A stretch of 64,000 bases of DNA, from assembly GCA_963764165.1 (NCBI GenBank), contig CAVXRD010000002.1:2304001-2368000 (forward strand). Reading direction: 5' to 3'. The notes under the pieces are model-generated. The model saw only the letters and a program-made list of their open reading frames with translations. It searched no databases and was not told where the DNA came from. Below, piece after piece: positions 13,231 through 22,156 of this stretch. Both the position numbers and the translations under genes were made by a program. Each line of letters starts with the position of its first letter. The first letter of the stretch is position 1. This DNA is from an uncultured Verrucomicrobiae bacterium (GTDB taxonomy: Bacteria; Verrucomicrobiota; Verrucomicrobiia; Limisphaerales; Palsa-1400).

Positions 13231-14376
13231 TCATTGTTTTTCAATCATTTGGCGGAATTCGGCAAACAGCGGCGTCGAGTCATGCGGCCCGGGCGAGGCT
13301 TCCGGGTGATATTGCACACAAAAAATCGGCTTGGTTTTGTGGCGCAATCCCTCGACGGTCTGGTCGTTTAAGTTGACACGATTCACCGAGATTTCAGGAG
13401 GCAGCGTGGCGGGATCGACCGAGAAGCCGTGATTCTGGGAGGTGATCTCGACTTTGCCGGACTCCAGGTCCTTCACCGGCTGGTTTCCGCCGCGGTGGCC
13501 AAATTTTAGCTTATACGTTTTGCCCCCGAAGGCCTGTCCGAGAATTTGGTGCCCAAGGCAAATCCCAAAAATCGGCACGCCGCTTTTAATTAAATCCGAC
13601 ACCGCGCCCACCGCATAATCCAGCGCCGCGGGATCGCCGGGGCCGTTGGAAAGAAAAATGCCCGCTGGCTTGTGCGAAAGCGCCTCGGCGGCGGTGGCTG
13701 TGGCGGGCAGGACTTGCGTTTTGAAGCCGTGCTGACGCAGGCGGCGCAAGATATTGTACTTGATGCCGTAATCGAAGGCGATAATGGGGATGTCGGCCGG
13801 CGGCAACGGCGCGCCGCCGGGCGGATCGGATGGGCGTGTCAAAACGAATTTCTTGCTTTGCCCATCCTCTTCGTCCCACAGAAAGGATTTCGGATGTGTC
13901 ACTTTCTTGACGTAATCCACGCCTGCGAGGCCTGGCCAGTTCTTCGCCCGCGCCACCGCTTCCCCGGGAGAAGTATCGAGCGTCGAAATAAAGCCGTTCA
14001 ACGCCCCGCGCACGCGCAACTTTTTTGTCAGGGCGCGCGTGTCGATTCCCTGGATGCCGGGGATGCCGTTTTTCTCGAGGTATTCAGCCAGAGTGCACTC
14101 CGAGCGCCAGTTGCTCACGACGGGCGAAAGTTCGCGCACGACAAATCCGGCCACGTGCGGCTGCCAGGATTCAACGTCAAAATGATTGATGCCGTAATTG
14201 CCGATGAGCGGATACGTCATCGAAACGATTTGGCCTTTATAGGACGGGTCGGTGAGAATTTCCTGATAACCCGTCATCGAGGTGTTGAAACAAACTTCAC
14301 CGCAGGATTCGGCAGCGGCGCCAAAACCCTGTCCAACAAACACGGAACCGTCCTCCAGTGCGAGAATTGCTTTCAT
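13231..14376 (-). CDS. carA: Carbamoyl-phosphate synthase small subunit
   Basis: KAILALEDG, FNTSMTGYQE, LSNGPGDP, GICLGHQ, QYHPEASPGPHD. Confidence 0.97.
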   Translation of the reverse strand: MKAILALEDGSVFVGQGFGAAAESCGEVCFNTSMTGYQEILTDPSYKGQIVSMTYPLIGNYGINHFDVESWQPHVAGFVVRELSPVVSNWRSECTLAEYLEKNGIPGIQGIDTRALTKKLRVRGALNGFISTLDTSPGEAVARAKNWPGLAGVDYVKKVTHPKSFLWDEEDGQSKKFVLTRPSDPPGGAPLPPADIPIIAFDYGIKYNILRRLRQHGFKTQVLPATATAAEALSHKPAGIFLSNGPGDPAALDYAVGAVSDLIKSGVPIFGICLGHQILGQAFGGKTYKLKFGHRGGNQPVKDLESGKVEITSQNHGFSVDPATLPPEISVNRVNLNDQTVEGLRHKTKPIFCVQYHPEASPGPHDSTPLFAEFRQMIEKQ

Positions 14377-14450
14377 CAAGACCCTCAGGTCTGCTCCCAA
14401 GCTAGTATGGCGTTTCGGAAAACGCCATATAATTCCTTGTGTTGAAGCTC

Positions 14451-14544
14451 GGCGGGGCGAGGCTCCAGCCGATCCATCTTATTATACCCATCATTCCCAT
14501 CATTATGGGAGTCATGGACCGGTTCGACCGGCGCATCGCCCACC
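14451..14544. repeat. Degenerate REP doublet enclosing 9-bp-period cccatcatt repeats
   Basis: ggcggggcgaggctccagccga ... ggttcgaccggcgcatcgcccacc; related to 37200-37288. Confidence 0.6.
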
Positions 14545-14919
14545 TCAATGCGTGACAGCGACCGTGTCGGAAACCTCGAAGCTCGGCGTCTCAACCCATT
14601 TGACTTTCGTCATCGAAATCATCGAGCAACCACAGGTGCAGATGCTGCGAGCGCCATTGGTGGCAACACGCCCGCAATCTTCGCAGACAAAAACAGAGGC
14701 TTGCTGCGATCGCCATTGCGCGCGGCGCCACCATGCGAGAAGGATGACCGCGGCGGAAAGCAATCCAACCAGACGGGCGCCACCGGAAAACTTTGCCGCA
14801 AAGTGAGCCACGCCAAAGGTCACGACGAGAACGACAACCGCGAAGGCGCACAACAATTCGGCCAGATGGCGGTTCCGATTTTCGATTTGAATTTCTGTTG
14901 AAGTCTTGCGCATCCACAT
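14545..14919 (-). CDS. Small hypothetical membrane protein with Cys motifs
   Basis: Two hydrophobic helices then CEDC...CTCG; 124 aa. Confidence 0.55.
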   Translation of the reverse strand: MWMRKTSTEIQIENRNRHLAELLCAFAVVVLVVTFGVAHFAAKFSGGARLVGLLSAAVILLAWWRRAQWRSQQASVFVCEDCGRVATNGARSICTCGCSMISMTKVKWVETPSFEVSDTVAVTH

Positions 14920-15064
14920 AAAATGAACCTCGATTAATTTTCTATGTGATCATTCTAACCCGTCCTAAGATTCTGTCTGTAAGGCGGTTTGTGGATTTAC
15001 TGGTAGGGTTTTTCCTCGCAATACCCGGCCGGTTGGACCTCGGGGGGAAAAGAATTGGGCCCGG

Positions 15065-15097
15065 AAAAGAAGCAGGGCGCCCCACCCAGGGCGCCCG
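15065..15097 (-). terminator. Probable intrinsic terminator
   Basis: Minus-strand gggcgccc-tgggtg-gggcgccc stem followed by tgcttctttt. Confidence 0.6.
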
Positions 15098-15422
15098 TCT
15101 TGAAAACTAACTCTACTGCGCTGCCCAGCCTAGGGAAGTGGATTCTCTTTGTCTGCAAGGCGAATCATGGATTGTTTTGTAGGGCCATACCTCACCGATC
15201 CTATCTGAACACACTACATCCGAACTTGTTGATTTGGAGTTGCTTCGAGGAGAACCACCCGCCCGGCACATGCGTTACTCTGCTCCAAGGCAGCCGATCC
15301 AGCCTTGGCTTGTTGAACGGATTATTCGGCCATTTATTTCCTGGAGCGGGAAAAAACTTTACAGAAGGGAACAAAGATAATGAAGAAGTGAGCCATTTTC
15401 ACGAAAGGCGGCAGGCGCGCTT

Positions 15423-15821
15423 CTACTGTTTCCAGTTAAACGCGTCCTTCTTTAAAGCGTAGACGTAGCCGATGAAGAGCACGGCCATGAAACCGGTCAT
15501 CGACCCAAGAATCAGGCCAGGCTGGGACGTCAGCATGCCGCGGAAATTCACCGCCCACGGATAAAGAAACACCACCTCGATATCGAAAAGAATGAACAGC
15601 ATCGCCACGAGGTAAAATTTGACTGAAAGCCGTGTGCTGCCATCGCCGACCGGCAGCATGCCGCATTCGTAAGCGGTGTCTTTGATAACCGTCCGTTTGG
15701 CGCGTTTTCCCAGCAGAGCCGAAGCCACCAGGGTTCCGACGGCAAAGAGCACCGCAAGCACCACCAGCATCAGCACTGGCGCGTATTGCATTAATTGAGA
15801 ATCTTTCGGATCCATCTTCAT
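15423..15821 (-). CDS. nuoA: NADH-quinone oxidoreductase subunit A
   Basis: K.TAYECG, KFYLVAMLFILFDIEVVFLYPWA; three TM helices. Confidence 0.95.
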   Translation of the reverse strand: MKMDPKDSQLMQYAPVLMLVVLAVLFAVGTLVASALLGKRAKRTVIKDTAYECGMLPVGDGSTRLSVKFYLVAMLFILFDIEVVFLYPWAVNFRGMLTSQPGLILGSMTGFMAVLFIGYVYALKKDAFNWKQ

Positions 15822-15952
15822 AAGCTAAGAAGGCGGGGGGCCAATTTGCAAGCGGGAATGCAGCGCTCGGCAATTGAGGTTGCTTGTCGCGGCTGGGTGG
15901 GAAAAAATCACTTCATGCCGGCAGGCTCGCCATTCCATAGAATTCGACCGTC

Positions 15953-16684
15953 GTGAATCACACTCGGCCGACACCCACTTCCTCGCCTCAGTTTGATGAT
16001 CGGTTTGTCCAAGAGCTGTTCGATCGGATGGGCAAGTCTTACGACGTGATGAACCTGCTCTCGTCCTTCGGATTCTCAGAGTTTTGGCGTTGGCAATGTG
16101 TTTCTGCATTCGCGCTGGCTCCTGGAGCGCGGGTTTGCGATATGATGGCCGGCACCGGCGAATGCTGGCGCTATATCACCTGGCAAAAACCGGCGGCAAT
16201 TCTCTCGGTCGATTTCTCGTCGTTCATGATTCAACGCCAAACCCTTCGCCGGAAACCGCGCGGCGTGCCGGTGAGCGTTCTCCGTGAGAACGCCCTGGCG
16301 ACTTCCATTCCCTCCACCTCGATTGATCTCGTCGTCAGCGCCTTCGGGCTTAAAACGCTGGGGCCGGAGGGCGTGGCTCGATTCGCGCGCGAAATCCGAC
16401 GCATCCTCAAACCGGGCGGACGATATTCGCTGCTCGAAATTTCGGCCGCCCGCGATTGGTGGCTTGGTTCGCTCTACCGCTGGTATATTGATACCGTGAT
16501 TCCGCAAATCGGACGATTGTGCCTCGGTGATATTGAATGTTACCGCACTTTGGGAGTTTACACGAAGGCTTTCGATTCATGCGCGAACGTCGTCGAGGCA
16601 TTTCGCGCTGCCGGACTCGAGGCTTCACTCGAAAAGCATTTCTTCGGATGCGCCACGTCTCTGGTGGGAAGGCGCCCGGAATAG
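15953..16684 (+). CDS. Class I SAM-dependent methyltransferase (UbiE/COQ5-like)
   Basis: FDRMGKSYDVMNLLSSFG..FWR, DMMAGTGE, SAFGLK, RILKPGG. Confidence 0.85.
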   Translation: MNHTRPTPTSSPQFDDRFVQELFDRMGKSYDVMNLLSSFGFSEFWRWQCVSAFALAPGARVCDMMAGTGECWRYITWQKPAAILSVDFSSFMIQRQTLRRKPRGVPVSVLRENALATSIPSTSIDLVVSAFGLKTLGPEGVARFAREIRRILKPGGRYSLLEISAARDWWLGSLYRWYIDTVIPQIGRLCLGDIECYRTLGVYTKAFDSCANVVEAFRAAGLEASLEKHFFGCATSLVGRRPE

Positions 16685-16750
16685 CCATCAAGAGAGTTTG
16701 TGGCGCTCGCAGAATTCTTGCATTTCCGTTTCATTCTTCCATGCTGCGGG

Positions 16751-17425
16751 ATGGTTCGGCTCGTTTTATTTGACATCGACGGCACGCTTGTCCACACGGG
16801 AGGCGCGGGCGTCAAAGCTTTCGGCAAGGCTTTCCAATCAGAGTTCGGCATCGCGGACGGCACCGAGCGCCTCAAGTTCGCCGGGCGCACCGATGTCTCG
16901 CTGGTGCGGGAATTTTTCGGCCACCATCAAATCGAGCCCAGCTTGAAAAACTTCGATCGTTTCTTTGGAGCCTATCTGGATTGGCTGGAGAAATTGATTC
17001 CCAATTGCGATGGCGGCCCGTGCGTCGGCGTGATGGAGTTTTACGATCAATTGAAGACGCTGCCCGAACCGCCGTTGATCGGATTATTGACAGGCAATAT
17101 CAAAAAAGGCGCCCGGATCAAACTTGAGCGGTTCCATTTGTGGGACAAGTTTGCCTTTGGCGGATTCGCCGACGACCATGAAGAGCGCCCGCGCATCGCC
17201 GCCGCCGCTGTCCGCCGCGGCAGTGAACGGCTGGGGCGCGAATTGAGCGGTAAAGAAGTGGTGGTGATCGGCGACACGCCGCTGGATATTCATTGCGGCA
17301 GGGCCGTGGGGGCAAAGGTGCTGGCTGTGGCAACGGGCGGCGCGAAATTAGAAGAATTGAAAGCGCACAGTCCTGATTGGGCTGTGCCTGACCTGACGCA
17401 CCTTCCCGCTAGCGCGCTGTTATAG
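16751..17425 (+). CDS. HAD family hydrolase (phosphoglycolate phosphatase-like)
   Basis: LFDIDGTL, LLTGN, VIGDTPLD motifs. Confidence 0.9.
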   Translation: MVRLVLFDIDGTLVHTGGAGVKAFGKAFQSEFGIADGTERLKFAGRTDVSLVREFFGHHQIEPSLKNFDRFFGAYLDWLEKLIPNCDGGPCVGVMEFYDQLKTLPEPPLIGLLTGNIKKGARIKLERFHLWDKFAFGGFADDHEERPRIAAAAVRRGSERLGRELSGKEVVVIGDTPLDIHCGRAVGAKVLAVATGGAKLEELKAHSPDWAVPDLTHLPASALL

Positions 17426-17442
17426 CGGGGCCGCGAGTCAAA

Positions 17443-17676
17443 TCAATGTGAATGGGGACGTCCCGTTCCGCACATGCCGCAGGAACTTGGCGTTCCGCTG
17501 CACGAAGCGCCTTCCGAGGTTCCGCCCGCCACGCTGGAGGCGAAGACGGACAATTTCTTGGTCAGTTTTTTCGATCCGCATTTGGGGCAAAGGGTGGCGC
17601 CTTCCCAGTCTTTCGAACGCACAAGCACTTCCGAATCTTCCCCGCATTTCCCGCAATGAAACTCATAAATCGGCAT
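17443..17676 (-). CDS. FmdB family zinc-ribbon protein
   Basis: MPIYEFHCGKCG ... CPKCGS..LTKKLS. Confidence 0.9.
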   Translation of the reverse strand: MPIYEFHCGKCGEDSEVLVRSKDWEGATLCPKCGSKKLTKKLSVFASSVAGGTSEGASCSGTPSSCGMCGTGRPHSH

Positions 17677-17738
17677 ACAGTGAAAATACCGTTCGCTGAG
17701 CGCGGAGTCAAAGGGAAGTAACGATTGGAAAGGGCGCA

Positions 17739-17934
17739 GGGCGCATCTTTGTTTTGGCAAATGACCACGCAGGCCGCTTTGGATAGTTCCCTCGCCCCGC
17801 CTGCGGGGAGAGGGTTAGGGAGAGGGGAACAGAGAAAACAATTTGAAACCCGACCGATTTCAACGCGGCTGGACTCGCGAGAATCTTCGCGGATCCCCTC
17901 TCTCCTTCTCTCTCCCCGCCGGGCGGGGCGAGAG
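17739..17934. repeat. REP doublet (ccctcgccccgc..gcggggagagggttagggagagggg family) with a MITE-like end
   Basis: Arms 17787-17827 and 17895-17934; gggcgcatct end at 17739; inverted homologue at 43762-44027. Confidence 0.8.
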
Positions 17935-17986
17935 TGATCACTATCGGAATGCCTCAGTGTTCTTCGATTCCAAGGCTTGCAGCCGC

Positions 17987-18523
17987 TTATGCGCTCTGCG
18001 CGTTCGCCACTGACTCGGCAACCTCGGTGAGTTTCTCGTCGGCGGCTTTTTCTTCCTCAAGCGTTTCGCCAAGAATTTCCGCCGCTTCCGAATTGCCCAG
18101 TTGCTCGGCCCATGCAATCACGGTGCCGTAGGAGGCGATTTCGTAGTGCTCCACCTTTTGAGCGGCTGCGATCACGCCGGCGTCGATGGTGCTCTTGCCT
18201 TTGAGTTCTTGCAGCAGCTCGGAGCCTTCTTCAACCAATCCCTTCATTGCCTTGCAGGTTTTGCTCTTTGGCTTTTCGCCGAAGGCTTCAAACACCTGTT
18301 TGAGGCGCTCCACATGTCCCTGGGTTTCTTCGAGGTGCGACTCGATGGCTTCGCGCAGCTCGTCGGATTGAACGGCCTTTGCCATCTTCGGCAGCGCTTT
18401 CGTCAATTGAGTTTCGGCGCTGAGGAGATCGGCCAGTTCATCCAGGAGCAACTCTTGCAATTCTGCATTTGCTTCCTGGCCCTCTTGCGGTTCATTTTCG
18501 TTATCTGATGTTTTCTTTTTCAT
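17987..18523 (-). CDS. yciF: Ferritin-like DUF892 (YciF) stress protein
   Basis: DLLSAETQL.KALPKMA, HLEET..HVERL, CKAMKGL, AAQKVEHYEIASYG. Confidence 0.88.
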   Translation of the reverse strand: MKKKTSDNENEPQEGQEANAELQELLLDELADLLSAETQLTKALPKMAKAVQSDELREAIESHLEETQGHVERLKQVFEAFGEKPKSKTCKAMKGLVEEGSELLQELKGKSTIDAGVIAAAQKVEHYEIASYGTVIAWAEQLGNSEAAEILGETLEEEKAADEKLTEVAESVANAQSA

Positions 18524-18670
18524 AAGTGATGTGCATTAGCGGAGGACTTTTTAGCAGAAACCGTTCCGAAGGTTCGACCAGCCGATCCTCCTCGGGCGCG
18601 GGGTCGCCGCCAATTTGCAGTGTCTCAATCTGCAATCCAAAATTGCGAAATGCCATTTCAGGGCGCCGTT

Positions 18671-20869
18671 TTAGATTTTGGAGACTTCCTTGGCCAGCTC
18701 CTCGGAAGCCTTCGCGCGAGCGTTCTGATTGACAAATCTCAACCGCGCGACGCACATGGACCGGCTCGCAACGCTCACTTTTTCCCCGACGGGCTCGGGC
18801 TTCTCCAAAAATCCGTCTTCATGTTCCGTTCGCATCACAATCTCCCAAGAAACGGCGCCCGCTTTTGGAAAAGCAAACTCGACCGGCTCGTGAAAGGCAT
18901 TGAAACAAACCAGATAGAAATCATCCGCCAGGGGCTGGCCATCACTGCCCAGAAGATTTCCGCTCAGCAGCATGGCGAAGGATTGGTTGCTCTCGGAATT
19001 CCACTGCTCATCCGTCATTTTTCGGCCCGAGGTGTTGAGCCACAAGACATCCTCGATTTTTCCGCCGCGCACAGGGCGGCCGCGGAAAAAATCCAATCGT
19101 CGAAAAACTGGATGTTCTCTCCGCAGGGTGGCAAGCCCGGCGACAAATTTCTTCAGTCGCTCGGCGTGTTCATCCCAGTCCCACTGCAGCCAGTTGATCT
19201 CATTGTCCTGGCAATAGGCGTTATTGTTTCCGTGCTGCGATTTGCCGAATTCATCGCCGGATCTCAGCATGGGAACGCCCTGCGACAAAAAGAGCGTCGC
19301 CAAAAAATTTCGCTGCTGGCGCCGCCGCAGCTTGTTGATCTCCTCGTCATCCGTCTTCCCCTCGGCCCCGCAATTCCAGCTATTATTGTTTTTCTCGCCG
19401 TCCTTATTGTCCTCGCCATTTGCCTCATTGTGCGTGTCCTGATAGCTCACCAGGTCTGCCAATGCATAACCGTCATGGGCCGTGACGAAATTCACGCTGG
19501 CGGACGGCGTTTTGCCCGTGTACTCGTACAGATCAGCGCTGCCGGAAAGGCGCCGCGCAAAATCCGCCAGGCTGCCTTTGTCCCCTTTCCAATATCGCCG
19601 CGCGGTGTCCCGGTATTTGCCGTTCCATTCCGACCACAAGACGGGAAATTTTCCAACCAGATAGCCGTCCGCGCCCAGGTCCCATGGCTCGGCGATCAGC
19701 TTCACTTGTGAAATAGTGGGATCCTGGTGAATGACGTCAAAGAACGAGGAGAGATGATTGACCTCGTGCAATTCGCGAGCCAGCGCGGCCGCCAGGTCGA
19801 AGCGAAATCCATCCACATGCATTTCGGTAATCCAGTAACGCAAGCTGTCCATGACAAGCTGCAAGACGTTCGGCCGGTAAACCGCCAGCGTGTTGCCCGT
19901 GCCCGTGTAATCGAAATAAAAGCGGTGGTTATCCGGCGAAAGGCGGTAATACACCGAGTTGTCGATGCCCCGAAACGACAGCATGGGGCCAAGATGATTT
20001 CCCTCACAGGTGTGATTGTAGACGACGTCCAGAATGACCTCCAGTCCGGCGGCGTGGAGATTCTTGACCATCGATTTGAATTCCTTGACCTGCCCGCCGA
20101 GGCACCCGGAACCCGAAAACCGGCAATCGGGGGCAAAAAAGCCAATGGTATTGTAACCCCAATAATCCGTCAGACCCTTGTCAAGCAGATGTTGAGAATT
20201 GACCCGGTGGTGAACAGGGAGCAGTTCCACCGCCGTCACTCCAAGCTCTTTGAAATACCGGATGGCTTCTTCGCAGGCCAAACCCGCGTAGGTTCCGCGA
20301 GATTTTTCCGGCAGATGCTTCCAGAGCTTGGAGAAGCCCTTGACGTGGGTTTCATAGATGACGAGATTGCTCATCGGAACTCGTGGCGGGGCGTCTCCAC
20401 TCCAGTCGAAACTTGGGTCAATGACAACGGATTTGGGCATGCAGTGGGCATTGTTGCGATCGTCTTTCGTCAGGTCTTTATCCGGGCTTTGATCCTCGAA
20501 TGAATACGAAAACATCTCGGGTCCCCATTTTACGTCGCCGCTGATTGCCTTTGCATACGGATCCAAAAGCAGCTTGGCGGGGTTGAAACGATGGCCCTGG
20601 GCGGGGTTATGCGGACCAAAGACGCGATAGCCGTAACATTGCCCCGGGCGAAGACCCTTGACGAAAATATGCCAAATCTGATTTGTGCAGTGATATAAGC
20701 GGATGGATTCTCCGTCTGACGCGTCGGGAGAATCAAAGAGACAAAGATCCACCCGGTCAGCATTCGCGCTGAAGATGGCAAAGTTGACGCCGTCGCCTTG
20801 AAGGGTTGCGCCCAGAGGGAACGGACTTCCAACTGATAATTCTAATTTTGATTTTTGCATTTGTGTCAC
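18671..20869 (-). CDS. glgX: Glycogen debranching enzyme (GH13 isoamylase)
   Basis: PFPLGAT, KLLLDPYA, YWGYNT, DVVYNH, DGFRFD, IAEPWD, TAHDG, GNNNAYCQDNE. Confidence 0.96.
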   Translation of the reverse strand: MTQMQKSKLELSVGSPFPLGATLQGDGVNFAIFSANADRVDLCLFDSPDASDGESIRLYHCTNQIWHIFVKGLRPGQCYGYRVFGPHNPAQGHRFNPAKLLLDPYAKAISGDVKWGPEMFSYSFEDQSPDKDLTKDDRNNAHCMPKSVVIDPSFDWSGDAPPRVPMSNLVIYETHVKGFSKLWKHLPEKSRGTYAGLACEEAIRYFKELGVTAVELLPVHHRVNSQHLLDKGLTDYWGYNTIGFFAPDCRFSGSGCLGGQVKEFKSMVKNLHAAGLEVILDVVYNHTCEGNHLGPMLSFRGIDNSVYYRLSPDNHRFYFDYTGTGNTLAVYRPNVLQLVMDSLRYWITEMHVDGFRFDLAAALARELHEVNHLSSFFDVIHQDPTISQVKLIAEPWDLGADGYLVGKFPVLWSEWNGKYRDTARRYWKGDKGSLADFARRLSGSADLYEYTGKTPSASVNFVTAHDGYALADLVSYQDTHNEANGEDNKDGEKNNNSWNCGAEGKTDDEEINKLRRRQQRNFLATLFLSQGVPMLRSGDEFGKSQHGNNNAYCQDNEINWLQWDWDEHAERLKKFVAGLATLRREHPVFRRLDFFRGRPVRGGKIEDVLWLNTSGRKMTDEQWNSESNQSFAMLLSGNLLGSDGQPLADDFYLVCFNAFHEPVEFAFPKAGAVSWEIVMRTEHEDGFLEKPEPVGEKVSVASRSMCVARLRFVNQNARAKASEELAKEVSKI

Positions 20870-20898
20870 CCGGTCGGAGACCGATGCGAGGCGTTAAT

Positions 20899-20914
20899 AG
20901 CAGCGGTTGTGCCA
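20899..20914 (-). promoter_or_regulatory. Putative sigma54 (-24/-12) promoter of glgX-yciF
   Basis: Minus strand TGGCACAACCGCTGCT (GG-N10-GC) ~30 nt upstream of the glgX start. Confidence 0.65.
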
Positions 20915-21128
20915 TCCCGGCCCAAGGCGAACCTGTGCTTTCCGCGCGACCTCTTTCCAGAGTGCCATTGCATGACGCAATCTTAGGGGCGTCATGTAAT
21001 GCAATATGCGGAAGAACCCGCGCAACAAATGCAGATCGCTTTCCTCAACCCAAGTGGTACGGAACAAGCTTGATTCTCGTGCGTTCAAGTTGAAGCTGGT
21101 TGAAGCTAGCTAAACAAAAGGATCAGTT

Positions 21129-21365
21129 ATGCCACGAGGAGACAAGTCAAGCTATACAAGCAAACAGAAGCGCCAAGCCGCACACATCGAGGAAAGCTAC
21201 GAACATCGTGGAGTGAAGCCGAAAGAGGCGGCGGGACGGGCGTGGGCGACCGTGAACAAAATGTCCCACGGTGGCAAACGCAGCGGGTCCGGCCGCGGGA
21301 AAACCGAAAACCACGCTCCGGCCAAGAAGGGCGGCCGCCTGGGTGGCCGAGCGCGGAGTCGATAA
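21129..21365 (+). CDS. Small basic conserved protein (often annotated 'plasmid stabilization protein')
   Basis: MPRGDKSSYT.KQKRQAAHIEE.YE.RG...EA..RAWATVNK..GG..SGSGRG. Confidence 0.85.
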   Translation: MPRGDKSSYTSKQKRQAAHIEESYEHRGVKPKEAAGRAWATVNKMSHGGKRSGSGRGKTENHAPAKKGGRLGGRARSR

Positions 21366-21708
21366 TCTGCAGCGCGCTAAAAGGCCAGGAAAGCCCGTTG
21401 CCGAAACCATTATATGATTCGGAATTTATCATCCTGATCATCCATGCGGCGTCCAGCGCCGCCGTTTATGCCCTGGGGCTGGTTATGGGTTTCCTTGCAG
21501 GGAGCCGGTTATCCTGTTGATTCTCCTTTGCCGGCGAGATCATTTCCTGCATGCCTTCCTTGGTCTCGTTGACTCGCGGATGCACTTCCTTGATAAGATC
21601 GTGTTCGGCATTGGACAATCGTTCGATGCGCCTGCTTTTCTGGAGTGGCTCAGATCGGAGATTTCGCAGGGAGGAAAAGGAAAAGAGAAAGCGCGAATTC
21701 GGAAAAGC

Positions 21709-22095
21709 TAATTCTCTCACCAGTGGTGAGAGTTTTGCCGGAGCCAGCACAATTCGCTCGAAAAGCGCGCTGTTGATCTGGCGCTCCAAGTCCCGTTTTC
21801 CCCAATGCTCGCGAGCCGCCATGCGCAGATAAAACTCACGTTCTTCTTGACGCCTGCACTTGCCGAGAATGAGCAAATTATTGCTCCATGTTAATTCTCT
21901 CACCAGTGGTGAGAGTTTTGCCTCGCCGCGCCACGTTTCATAAAACTGCAGCATTCGCCAAAGGTTTTGCGCGGAAAATCCACGGGCATTGGGATCGCGT
22001 GCCCGAATATAGGCGGCAAGGGAGGCGACGGTTGATTTGCCCCAGCCCTCGGCTGTGACACGGCGGCTGATGCGCTCGCCAATGCCCCAATAAAT
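21709..22095 (-). pseudogene. Fragment of YhcG/DUF1016 N-terminal domain
   Basis: YWGIGERI..GWGKSTV..L..GFSAQNLWRM.QFY..LTWSNN..REFY..WGKRDLERQINSALFER; no own start, no C-terminal PD-(D/E)XK domain. Confidence 0.8.
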
Positions 22096-22098
22096 AAC

Positions 22099-22132
22099 AA
22101 AAAAAGGCGAGCAGCCGTTACGCCGCTCGCCT
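22099..22132 (-). terminator. Intrinsic terminator of rpsO-pnp
   Basis: aggcgagcggcgtaacggctgctcgcct hairpin followed by a T-run on the minus strand. Confidence 0.85.
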
Positions 22133-22156
22133 CGAGATTTGTTTCGAATCGGAAAC

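Noticed and set aside
15065..15335. tmRNA, RNase P or SRP RNA
   Set aside because: No tRNA-like ends or ..LAA tag, no GAGGAAAGTCC, no SRP loop motif; kept only as an unassigned ncRNA candidate.
21055..21070. Sigma54 promoter for the 21129 gene (TGGTACGGAACAAGCT)
   Set aside because: GG-N10-GC spacing fits but the -12 element lacks the TGC context; too weak to call.
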